In this document: piece after piece, positions 24,781 through 32,000 of the stretch | Layout of the letters: each line of letters begins with the position of its first letter | Position numbering within the stretch: the stretch's first letter is position 1 | Notes under the pieces: model-generated | What the model was told of the DNA's origin: nothing | Databases searched by the model: none | The model's input: only the letters and a program-made list of their open reading frames with translations | Translations under genes and position numbers: made by a program | Assembly (NCBI RefSeq): GCF_000009045.1 | Contig: NC_000964.3 | Span: 510,001-542,000, forward strand | DNA from: Bacillus subtilis subsp. subtilis str. 168 | Lineage (GTDB): Bacteria; Bacillota; Bacilli; Bacillales; Bacillaceae | Length of the DNA stretch: 32,000 nucleotides | Reading direction: 5' to 3'

Positions 24781-25831
24781 GCTAAAACAACCCCCCCACG
24801 CTAACAGGGGGGTAGTAATCGTAAAAGAAAAAAATGAAGCCGTTGAAAGTCCTTTGGTATCAATGGTTGACTATATTCGAGTCTCTTTTAAAACTCATGA
24901 TGTTGACAGAATTATTGAAGAGGTTCTTCACCTTAGCAAAGACTTTATGACTGAGAAACAATCTGGTTTCTATGGCTACGTTGGCACGTATGAACTGGAC
25001 TATATCAAAGTCTTTTATTCTGCGCCGGATGACAACAGAGGTGTTTTGATAGAAATGTCCGGTCAAGGTTGCCGTCAATTTGAATCCTTCTTGGAATGCC
25101 GGAAGAAAACATGGTACGACTTCTTTCAAGATTGCATGCAACAAGGCGGTTCGTTCACTCGCTTTGATTTAGCTATTGATGATAAAAAGACATACTTTTC
25201 TATACCAGAACTGTTAAAGAAAGCCCAAAAGGGCGAATGTATTTCACGATTTAGAAAATCTGATTTCAATGGCTCCTTTGATCTATCTGATGGCATTACA
25301 GGCGGGACGACAATATATTTCGGTTCTAAAAAGTCAGAAGCGTACCTTTGCTTTTATGAGAAAAACTATGAACAAGCAGAAAAGTATAACATTCCGTTAG
25401 AAGAACTAGGCGATTGGAATCGTTATGAATTGCGGCTTAAAAATGAACGTGCACAAGTGGCGATAGATGCTTTATTGAAAACAAAGGATTTAACCTTAAT
25501 CGCTATGCAGATCATTAATAACTATGTAAGGTTCGTTGATGCTGATGAAAACATCACTAGAGAGCATTGGAAAACGAGCCTTTTTTGGTCTGATTTTATA
25601 GGCGATGTTGGGAGACTTCCTTTGTACGTCAAACCACAAAAAGACTTCTATCAGAAATCAAGAAACTGGCTTCGTAACTCTTGTGCTCCCACTATGAAAA
25701 TGGTGCTTGAAGCTGATGAACATTTAGGGAAAACCGATCTGTCAGATATGATTGCAGAAGCTGAACTGGCTGACAAACATAAAAAAATGTTAGATGTGTA
25801 TATGGCTGATGTTGCTGACATGGTCGTTTAA
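24773..25831 (+). CDS. nicK: relaxase NicK (Rep_trans / pT181-Rep family)
   Basis: 352 aa, overlapping the conQ stop by 8 nt. It has Rep_trans-like blocks (VDYIRVSFK, RFDLAIDD, TIYFGSKKS, YELRLKNE). Confidence 0.9.
   Translation: MDELKQPPHANRGVVIVKEKNEAVESPLVSMVDYIRVSFKTHDVDRIIEEVLHLSKDFMTEKQSGFYGYVGTYELDYIKVFYSAPDDNRGVLIEMSGQGCRQFESFLECRKKTWYDFFQDCMQQGGSFTRFDLAIDDKKTYFSIPELLKKAQKGECISRFRKSDFNGSFDLSDGITGGTTIYFGSKKSEAYLCFYEKNYEQAEKYNIPLEELGDWNRYELRLKNERAQVAIDALLKTKDLTLIAMQIINNYVRFVDADENITREHWKTSLFWSDFIGDVGRLPLYVKPQKDFYQKSRNWLRNSCAPTMKMVLEADEHLGKTDLSDMIAEAELADKHKKMLDVYMADVADMVV
24785..24815. other. oriT: G/C-rich inverted repeat at the conQ/nicK junction
   Basis: CCCCCC(C) at 24791-24797, loop ACGCTAACA, GGGGGG at 24807-24812, immediately inside the 5' end of the relaxase gene. 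This matches the published position of the ICEBs1 oriT. Confidence 0.8.
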
Positions 25832-25859
25832 AACCAAGCTGCTAAACCTTAATAAACAC

Positions 25860-26075
25860 AGGTGATGCGATTAAACGTATGTGTCAACGGTACCGGAACG
25901 AAGTGAGGATAAGGAGTTGACATATTCAGCGCTACCCAAACCCTCTTGGCATTGAACAAACAACCGTTTGTTCCTGCCTACCGGCGAGGGAGTCCCCCGA
26001 TGATTCGGGGGAATAGGGGGATAGATTAACAGCAATCCAACGAGCTACCGTTGGTGGGTTTGGGTGAAACCCAAG
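25860..26075 (+). other. single-strand origin-like structured region (sso1 position of ICEBs1)
   Basis: A non-coding stretch with dense self-complementarity. Hairpins occur at 25954-25973 (GAACAAAC/GTTTGTTC), 25993-26012 (TCCCCCGA/TCGGGGGA) and 26060-26074. Long-range pairs are CAACGGTA 25885-25892 with TACCGTTG 26046-26053, and ACCCAAACCC 25934-25943 with GGGTTTGGGT 26056-26065. Confidence 0.65.
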
Positions 26076-26095
26076 AACTAACTTGGAGGGATAAG

Positions 26096-26365
26096 ATGCA
26101 TAATGTCAATCTGTTGAATCAGGCTGGACTGGAAAATGCTTTGGAATCAGTTGGCTGTTTAGATATTGTAGAAGATTTAATAGAAAAGATGCAGGAATAT
26201 GTTTTGTATCATACCGAAACTGCCGAAAGATTTGCGATTGATATCTTTACAGTAGTAAACAACTACACTAAAAAGGTTCATGCGATATTTAATGTTCTTG
26301 AAAATGAAGACGGTGAGACAAATGTTAAAAATGTAGAATTTGAAGTAATGCATTTTACGGAGTAA
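26096..26365 (+). CDS. ydcS: small acidic protein YdcS (paralog of YdcT)
   Basis: ATG at 26096 lies 6 nt after GGAGGG and gives 89 aa (MHNVNLLNQAGLE). The ORF-track start at 26051 runs into the structured sso region. Confidence 0.8.
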   Translation: MHNVNLLNQAGLENALESVGCLDIVEDLIEKMQEYVLYHTETAERFAIDIFTVVNNYTKKVHAIFNVLENEDGETNVKNVEFEVMHFTE

Positions 26366-26403
26366 GGACAATTTTCCTTATGACTTTAAAGGGGGAACAT
26401 CAG

Positions 26404-26670
26404 GTGTTTAATATTAATCTGTTGAATCAGGCCCGACTTGAGAGTGATTTGGATTCCCTTGGGTGTTTGGATATTGCTGAGGAACTGATTGAAAAAATGA
26501 TGGAAGATGTTTTTTACAGTGATGTAGCTCAAAGAATCATTGTTCAAACACTTGCTGTTATAAATAACGCCAATGCAAAACTTCAAGCTACGTTTAACAT
26601 CTTAGAAGATGAAGATATGGAGACAGACGAACGAAGCGTGGAGTTTGAAGGAATTAGCTACTACGAATAA
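26404..26670 (+). CDS. ydcT: small acidic protein YdcT (paralog of YdcS)
   Basis: GTG at 26404 after AAGGGGGA. The start was chosen because it aligns with the YdcS N-terminus (FNINLLNQARLE vs HNVNLLNQAGLE). Confidence 0.75.
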   Translation: MFNINLLNQARLESDLDSLGCLDIAEELIEKMMEDVFYSDVAQRIIVQTLAVINNANAKLQATFNILEDEDMETDERSVEFEGISYYE

Positions 26671-26686
26671 GGGGTGAAAATGTGCG

Positions 26687-26995
26687 GTGTCTGCTGTAGA
26701 TAAACGATTCAAAAGCTTAGGTTTTAATGTGGGCATTCCCTCTTTAGTTTTTGTGAGAAGTTTAAGCAGAGATTGCATGTTGGTTGTTGAAGGAGAACGA
26801 GTAAAAGGATTTGCTGAGTATCGTTACACATTCTATAAAACAAGATACTTGCCAGACGGTCGAATGACTAGCTTAAAAGTTTATATGGAGAATCAAAGCA
26901 TAAAAAGGGTGTTACATCGTGTAGCATCCTTTTTATCTTTCTTGGAAAGAACGAAACAAATTGAACAGAAGGAGTGTGAAAAAGTTGCTCAATAA
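26687..26995 (+). CDS. yddA: hypothetical protein YddA
   Basis: A 102-aa ORF with GTG start 9 nt after AGGGGTGA, overlapped by the conB start. Confidence 0.72.
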   Translation: MSAVDKRFKSLGFNVGIPSLVFVRSLSRDCMLVVEGERVKGFAEYRYTFYKTRYLPDGRMTSLKVYMENQSIKRVLHRVASFLSFLERTKQIEQKECEKVAQ

Positions 26996-28049
26996 AGAAA
27001 TTGGCTCTGATAAGAAGGAAGAATCCTTTTTTCGGTCTGCTTTTCAAAAACTGAAACGAATTGAAAGACCGGAAAAAGACAAACAAAAAGTACCCCGTGA
27101 CAGGTCAAAGCTGATAGCCGTCACACTATGGTCTTGTGTAGGGAGCTTGCTATTTATCTGTCTGCTTGCTGTGCTTCTGTCAATTAATACTCGCTCCCAA
27201 CTTAATGACATGAAAGACGAAACGAATAAGCCAACAAATGACGATAAACAAAAAATTTCGGTGACTGCTGCCGAAAACTTTCTGTCAGGGTTCATCAATG
27301 AATATATGAATGTGAAGAACGATCAAGAATCTATTGAAAAACGTATGCAGAGCCTTGAAAGCTATATGGTTAAACAGGAAGATAACCATTTTGAAGATGA
27401 AGAACGCTTCAATGTGGATGGTTTAAAAGGTGATCGAGAGTTAAAGGGTTACAGCTTATATAACGTGAAAGAAGGTGATAAAAACAGCCTTTTTCAATAT
27501 AAGGTCACATATGAAAATCTATACCCTGTAGAAAAGGAAGTTGAAAAAGAAGTTAAAGACGGAAAGAAGAAAAAGAAGGTGAAAGAAAAGGTTAAAACAA
27601 ACGAGAAATACGAAAAACAAATGTTGCTGAATATTCCAGTCACAAATAAAGGTGATTCCTTTGCGGTGTCTGCTGTCCCTTATTTTACACAGATTTATGA
27701 TCTGAAAGGCGATATTGCTTTTAAGGGTAAAGAAGAAACTAGAGACGAATATGCAGGCGAGAAAAAAGAATCTATCGAATCATTTCTTCAAAATTTCTTT
27801 GAGAAATACGCTTCTGAAAAGAAAGAAGAAATGGTTTATATGATGAAAAAGCCGGAAGCATTGGAAGGAAACTTGTTATTTGGGGAAGTGCAGTCAGTGA
27901 AAATCTTCGAGACGAAAAAAGGTTTCGAGGTTTTTTGTGCTGTTCGATTTAAGGAAAAAGAAAATGACATTCCGGTAAATGAAAAATTCAGTCTAGAGAT
28001 TACGGAAAACAGCGGTCAGTTTTATGTAAATAAACTCAAACATCAATAG
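26985..28049 (+). CDS. conB: conjugation protein ConB (bitopic membrane protein, VirB8/TcpC-like)
   Basis: TTG at 26985 lies 10 nt after AAGGAG and gives 354 aa. It has one TM helix (LIAVTLWSCVGSLLFICLLAVLL) and then a soluble, K/E-rich domain. Confidence 0.85.
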   Translation: MLNKEIGSDKKEESFFRSAFQKLKRIERPEKDKQKVPRDRSKLIAVTLWSCVGSLLFICLLAVLLSINTRSQLNDMKDETNKPTNDDKQKISVTAAENFLSGFINEYMNVKNDQESIEKRMQSLESYMVKQEDNHFEDEERFNVDGLKGDRELKGYSLYNVKEGDKNSLFQYKVTYENLYPVEKEVEKEVKDGKKKKKVKEKVKTNEKYEKQMLLNIPVTNKGDSFAVSAVPYFTQIYDLKGDIAFKGKEETRDEYAGEKKESIESFLQNFFEKYASEKKEEMVYMMKKPEALEGNLLFGEVQSVKIFETKKGFEVFCAVRFKEKENDIPVNEKFSLEITENSGQFYVNKLKHQ

Positions 28050-28060
28050 GAGGTTTAAAT

Positions 28061-28309
28061 ATGGATTTCATGAATTTCTTTATTCTTGGCGCAGACCTTC
28101 CAACACTTGGAGGGGTAAAAGGTTGGGCATCAGATGTTGTTATCCAATTCATTACGATTGTGGTCATGTTCATAGCCGCAAAGAATCTGATGAAATTAAA
28201 AATGGGCGGCATTATCTTTGTTTGCTGTATTGGCAGTGCGGTAACGTGGGTTATTAAACACTGGTCAGAATTCTCCGGCTGGATCAATGCGCTAATGGAA
28301 AAATTGTAA
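28061..28309 (+). CDS. conC: small conjugation membrane protein ConC
   Basis: 82 aa with two hydrophobic helices. RBS AGGAGG lies 8 nt upstream. Confidence 0.85.
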   Translation: MDFMNFFILGADLPTLGGVKGWASDVVIQFITIVVMFIAAKNLMKLKMGGIIFVCCIGSAVTWVIKHWSEFSGWINALMEKL

Positions 28310-28321
28310 GGGGGCATCTGA

Positions 28322-28846
28322 ATGGGGCGTCTGGTGTTCAACTACCGGAAGGCAATGAGAGAGCCGAAAAAAATCCAACAATTAACCGAAAATTATTCGT
28401 TACCCTTTGCAGTTGAGTTAATACCGGCTATTAACTATTTCATTTTTGTTGGCTTATGCTTTGGATTCTGGTACGGCGTGAGGATGATTTTCCCTCACGC
28501 TTTTGATAACAGTTACGTCATTGTGATTTTTGGGATACCATTTTTTTTAACGATGCTTGTAACGAAAATAAAGCCGGAAGGCAAAAACATCTATATATAT
28601 TTCTTTGATTTCGCAAAGTATTACTTCTTCATCAAGCTTCCACAAAAGAAGTATTGCAATGATCGAAAGATTGATTTAAGTAACGAAAAACAAATTGAGT
28701 TTCGAAAACTTGTGAAGGTGGTGGATTATTCAAATGAGACTAAAAACGCCTATGAAGGCAATACACAAGAATTTGCTGTTAACAAGAACGGGCGACGTGT
28801 GGGCGTACTACCGAATAAAAAGCAATTCGATTCCTATGCAAAATAA
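28322..28846 (+). CDS. conD: conjugation membrane protein ConD
   Basis: 174 aa with two TM helices (TcpE-like topology). Confidence 0.82.
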   Translation: MGRLVFNYRKAMREPKKIQQLTENYSLPFAVELIPAINYFIFVGLCFGFWYGVRMIFPHAFDNSYVIVIFGIPFFLTMLVTKIKPEGKNIYIYFFDFAKYYFFIKLPQKKYCNDRKIDLSNEKQIEFRKLVKVVDYSNETKNAYEGNTQEFAVNKNGRRVGVLPNKKQFDSYAK

Positions 28847-31229
28847 AGAAAAAGTTGAATCGTATAAAAAGAAGTGGCAGCATCTTTTTGAAGAAATTAC
28901 ATCTTATGAGGATTTTCACTTGATGATGTATCCAAGTGAGTATGAATTAGAAAAACGATTTAAGGATTTAGAAACAGATATTGCGGCAGATGCAATGGAT
29001 GTGGCACGTTACTACAATGAAGAAACCGTAAGGCTGTTAGAACAGCGATTAGGAAGGCTGACAAAGTACGACTTCATTTTAGGTGTAAAACTGAAAAGCA
29101 GTCTTGTAAATATTAGTGTCGAACTTAAAGACAATATACTATCTTTTTTCAATACAGCGACTGATACAGTCGTGAAAATGCTCGGGTGGGAACAAAATGT
29201 TTCCACCTCTTTTTTTGAAAAATATGAGGAAGTCGAAGAAACACTAGCGAATATCATGGCTTCTGTTCGCGGAGAACGGCTTTCAGAAACAGAAATGACA
29301 TACATTAACCGTTATCACTTTGTACGTGGGTTAAAGCACCAAACGAATGAAGAAAGTGAGATAAAGGATGTTCGCTCTATTACAAACACGATCATAGACC
29401 CCACTGACCCATCAGTATTGCATTTGCATAGTGATCAAGATGAAGGCTATTCAGCTTTTGTCGTGATTGACGAATTTCTTCACAATATGTCGGAAAGTGA
29501 TTTGTTTTATGAAGCACAGTCTCTTCCCTTCCCTGTTGAAGTTCAGATGAAAATTCAAACGGAATCAAAGTCCATTACCAAGCCTGCCCTCAACCTCAAA
29601 AGACAGCAATTGAAAGAAGAACAAAAAGAACAACAAAGCACAGGCGATCGAAGTGATGTTTCCACTGTCACAAGTGCCACAATGATAAGGCATTTACAAG
29701 ATGAAATAAAGAAAGAAGATGTGCATGTGATGAACTGGCTGTCGGTGATAGTCGTTCATGGAAAGACAAAAAAAGAATGTGTGGGAAAAGCAACGATTGT
29801 CAAAAGGCATTTAAAAGGCGCTGGCATTACTTGTCGGCTTCCGGTGGCTGATCAATTGAACCTTTTTTATAAAATGCTTCCTGGTGAAAAGTTAGACATA
29901 ACCGATAAGAACTGGATTCAAAAAACAACGCAAGACGGTGTGGCTGAAAGTCTGTTTGCTGTTAACTCTGATATTGGTTCGAAAATCGGGTTCTTTCTCG
30001 GTTGGGTTGATCGTTTCCAAGAGCACACCGACTTAGAAAGTGCCATTATGTCCAGCCGTGATTTTGTCTTATTCCACCCTTTCTTAGCGAATCAGCAGTT
30101 AAAAGGTTCAAAGACACGTTCTCCTCACTGCTTAATCACAGGAGACACAGGAAACGGCAAGTCATATCTAGCGAAATTGATCTTTAACTATATCAGCATG
30201 TTAAACATCAAATCTCTGTATATAGACCCTAAAAAGGAAATGAGAAAGTGGATTCAAAGAGTCTTGAATGATGAGTACATTAGAGAGAACTTTCCCTTAT
30301 ATATTGCACATTTAGAGAAATACAACTATATCACGCTAGATCATGAAAACACGCACAACTGGGGAGCGCTTGACCCTATCTCCTTCCTCCCTCCTATGAA
30401 AGCAAAAGAGCTAGTTCAAGTCATTTTTGAACAAGTATATGACTTTAAAGGGAAGGACGACATAAACACAGCTTTCCTTCGTGCTACGTCAGAAGTGATT
30501 GATGCGAAACAAAAAGGTGAACAGGTCGGCTCACTTGATATTATTCGGAAGATGCAGAGCCATCCCGAAGAAGCTGTACAAAAAGCTGGTGACTATTTAA
30601 ATGAGGTCGTGTCAGATTCCATTTTGAAACTTTGTATTCATGATGGTTCAAATCCTGCATTGTCACTAGAAAAGCGAATTACCATTTTAGAAGTTGAAAA
30701 TATGGATTTGCCGGATCATGCTGAGCGACTTGAAAACTACACGATATCACAACTAAAGTCTAGTGCGGTCATGTTTGCACTAGGTAAGTTCTGCGAGCTA
30801 TTCGGCATGAATCAAGACGAACAGACTGTTGAATTTATAGATGAAGCTTGGATATTCACCACGTCACAACAAGGAAAAAAAGTAGAAAGACAAATGCGCC
30901 GGATTGGTCGCTCATACAACAATGCGGAATACTTCATTTCTCAATCCACAAAAGACGCTTTAAAAGAAGAGGATTCTGGAAACTTTGGCGTTGCCTTTGC
31001 TTTTGACGAACCAAACGAGCGTGAAGAAGTGTTGAAATGGATGAACATGGAGGTCACAAAAGATAACAAAAAAATGATGGAATCCATGTTTCAAGGTCAA
31101 TGCTTATTTAAAGATTACTATGGCCGCACCTCTAAAATTTCGATTGAATGCCTATTCGAAGAATGGCAAGGTGCTCTGAAAACAGTTGAGAAAAAAGCCG
31201 TCGCATATGCGGAAGAAAAATATTTGTAA
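28734..31229 (+). CDS. conE: conjugation ATPase ConE (VirB4-like)
   Basis: Walker A (GDTGNGKSY) and Walker B (VEFIDEAW). ATG at 28734 lies 8 nt after AGGTGGTGGA and gives 831 aa, overlapping conD by 113 nt. The alternative ATG at 28836 would give 797 aa. Confidence 0.88.
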   Translation: MRLKTPMKAIHKNLLLTRTGDVWAYYRIKSNSIPMQNKEKVESYKKKWQHLFEEITSYEDFHLMMYPSEYELEKRFKDLETDIAADAMDVARYYNEETVRLLEQRLGRLTKYDFILGVKLKSSLVNISVELKDNILSFFNTATDTVVKMLGWEQNVSTSFFEKYEEVEETLANIMASVRGERLSETEMTYINRYHFVRGLKHQTNEESEIKDVRSITNTIIDPTDPSVLHLHSDQDEGYSAFVVIDEFLHNMSESDLFYEAQSLPFPVEVQMKIQTESKSITKPALNLKRQQLKEEQKEQQSTGDRSDVSTVTSATMIRHLQDEIKKEDVHVMNWLSVIVVHGKTKKECVGKATIVKRHLKGAGITCRLPVADQLNLFYKMLPGEKLDITDKNWIQKTTQDGVAESLFAVNSDIGSKIGFFLGWVDRFQEHTDLESAIMSSRDFVLFHPFLANQQLKGSKTRSPHCLITGDTGNGKSYLAKLIFNYISMLNIKSLYIDPKKEMRKWIQRVLNDEYIRENFPLYIAHLEKYNYITLDHENTHNWGALDPISFLPPMKAKELVQVIFEQVYDFKGKDDINTAFLRATSEVIDAKQKGEQVGSLDIIRKMQSHPEEAVQKAGDYLNEVVSDSILKLCIHDGSNPALSLEKRITILEVENMDLPDHAERLENYTISQLKSSAVMFALGKFCELFGMNQDEQTVEFIDEAWIFTTSQQGKKVERQMRRIGRSYNNAEYFISQSTKDALKEEDSGNFGVAFAFDEPNEREEVLKWMNMEVTKDNKKMMESMFQGQCLFKDYYGRTSKISIECLFEEWQGALKTVEKKAVAYAEEKYL

Positions 31230-31247
31230 AAAGGGGTTGAATCGTAC

Positions 31248-31574
31248 ATGGAAATAGCTTTCTTAAACTCTCTTGTTGTCACGAGTCCAGGCTTTTATAA
31301 AGCTGAGAAAATCACATTGGACGAAGTTAAACAATGGCTGAAGCATTATGATGGTCGATACAAAAGTTTTATCGGACATAAATCAACGGCACAGTTTCTG
31401 CAAAAATTATTAGGTATCAGAATTGAGCAAAATCGAAAGACTTTCAGACATATGAAATATCAAAAAGCAATCTGTTTCTCTCTGTATGAACGATATCCTG
31501 AAAACGTGTTGCTAACGCAAAGAGACTTAGAGAAAGCCAGATACCAATTTTATTTATTAACTCGGTTAGATTAG
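31248..31574 (+). CDS. yddF: hypothetical protein YddF (DUF1874 / STIV B116-like, from memory)
   Basis: A 108-aa ORF with RBS AAAGGGG upstream, positioned between conE and conG. Confidence 0.75.
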   Translation: MEIAFLNSLVVTSPGFYKAEKITLDEVKQWLKHYDGRYKSFIGHKSTAQFLQKLLGIRIEQNRKTFRHMKYQKAICFSLYERYPENVLLTQRDLEKARYQFYLLTRLD

Positions 31575-31586
31575 GAGGTGGTTGTA

Positions 31587-32000
31587 ATGAAAAAGAAAAG
31601 AATTTTGATTGTGTCGGCTATTGTGTTGCTGTTTTTAACTGTTGCTTCAGCTGTAACGGTATTTTCGGCTGATGGAGATACAACGACGCAGCCAAAAGTC
31701 GAAAAAGCTGGCGGCGTGGAATTGAAGGTGAAAAGGTTTCCAATCTCACGCTATCAAGCGAATAATGAAGCATCTGACGATTTAATCAAGGGGGCGTTTG
31801 TTGGGCTGACAAACGTCACTTTTTCTTTTGCGGGAAACATTGTCCGTGTGGTTGATACGGGGATGGATATTTTGTATAACTTGCAACCGATTGACGAGTT
31901 CGCAAATTCTATTACAAACGTCTCTAAAACAGTTTATAAAACACTGAAAAAGAATTTCGGTGAAGCTTTATTTATTTTCACGTGCGCCTATGTTGTCTAC
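31587..32000 (+). CDS. conG: conjugation channel protein ConG, N-terminal part (runs off window; absent from ORF track)
   Basis: ATG at 31587 lies 7 nt after AGGAGGTGG. It has a signal/TM-like N-terminus (MKKKRILIVSAIVLLFLTVASAVTVFSA). The frame stays open to position 32000. Confidence 0.8.
   Translation, partial: MKKKRILIVSAIVLLFLTVASAVTVFSADGDTTTQPKVEKAGGVELKVKRFPISRYQANNEASDDLIKGAFVGLTNVTFSFAGNIVRVVDTGMDILYNLQPIDEFANSITNVSKTVYKTLKKNFGEALFIFTCAYVVY

Noticed and set aside
25917-25922. Consensus TTGACA after nicK as a conventional promoter for ydcS.
   Set aside because: No -10-like hexamer lies 16-18 nt downstream. It is more plausibly part of the folded ssDNA origin structure.

Overview
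The window matches, from memory, the Bacillus subtilis 168-type chromosome segment from murF to ICEBs1. I identified it from gene content and order, not from a database search. Positions 1-19,360 are core genome: murF 3' end, cshA, SigW-controlled ydbS-ydbT, rhomboid ydcA, acpS, ydcC, alr, the ndoAI/ndoA (MazEF) toxin-antitoxin pair, the complete rsbRA-rsbS-rsbT-rsbU-rsbV-rsbW-sigB-rsbX general-stress operon, ydcF-ydcG-ydcH, tex (ydcI), the 37-codon cmpA (absent from the ORF track), ydcK, and a 7-gene tRNA cluster (Asn, Ser, Glu, Gln, Lys, Leu, Leu). From about 19,362 to the window end is the left ~12.6 kb of an ICEBs1-type integrative conjugative element inserted in tRNA-Leu(GAG). It carries int, immA, immR, the Pxis region, xis, ydzL, devI (ydcO), helP, conQ, oriT, nicK, an sso-like region, ydcS, ydcT, yddA, conB, conC, conD, conE, yddF and the conG 5' end (also missing from the track). 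Most of this is well-characterised biology, and I see no clear new multi-gene system. The best leads for something undescribed are three. First, a minus-strand consensus promoter plus terminator-like hairpin (candidate ~55-nt countertranscript) in an unusual 370-bp non-coding gap between devI and helP. Second, an insertion-like structured element between ydbT and ydcA, flanked by 18-bp direct repeats that duplicate both genes' stop codons. Third, the ydcFGH operon (small ORF, EVE domain, MarR) with tandem palindromic operators over its promoter. A degenerate copy of the att core lies 57 bp upstream of the real one. Several ORF-track starts are N-terminal over-extensions and have been corrected.
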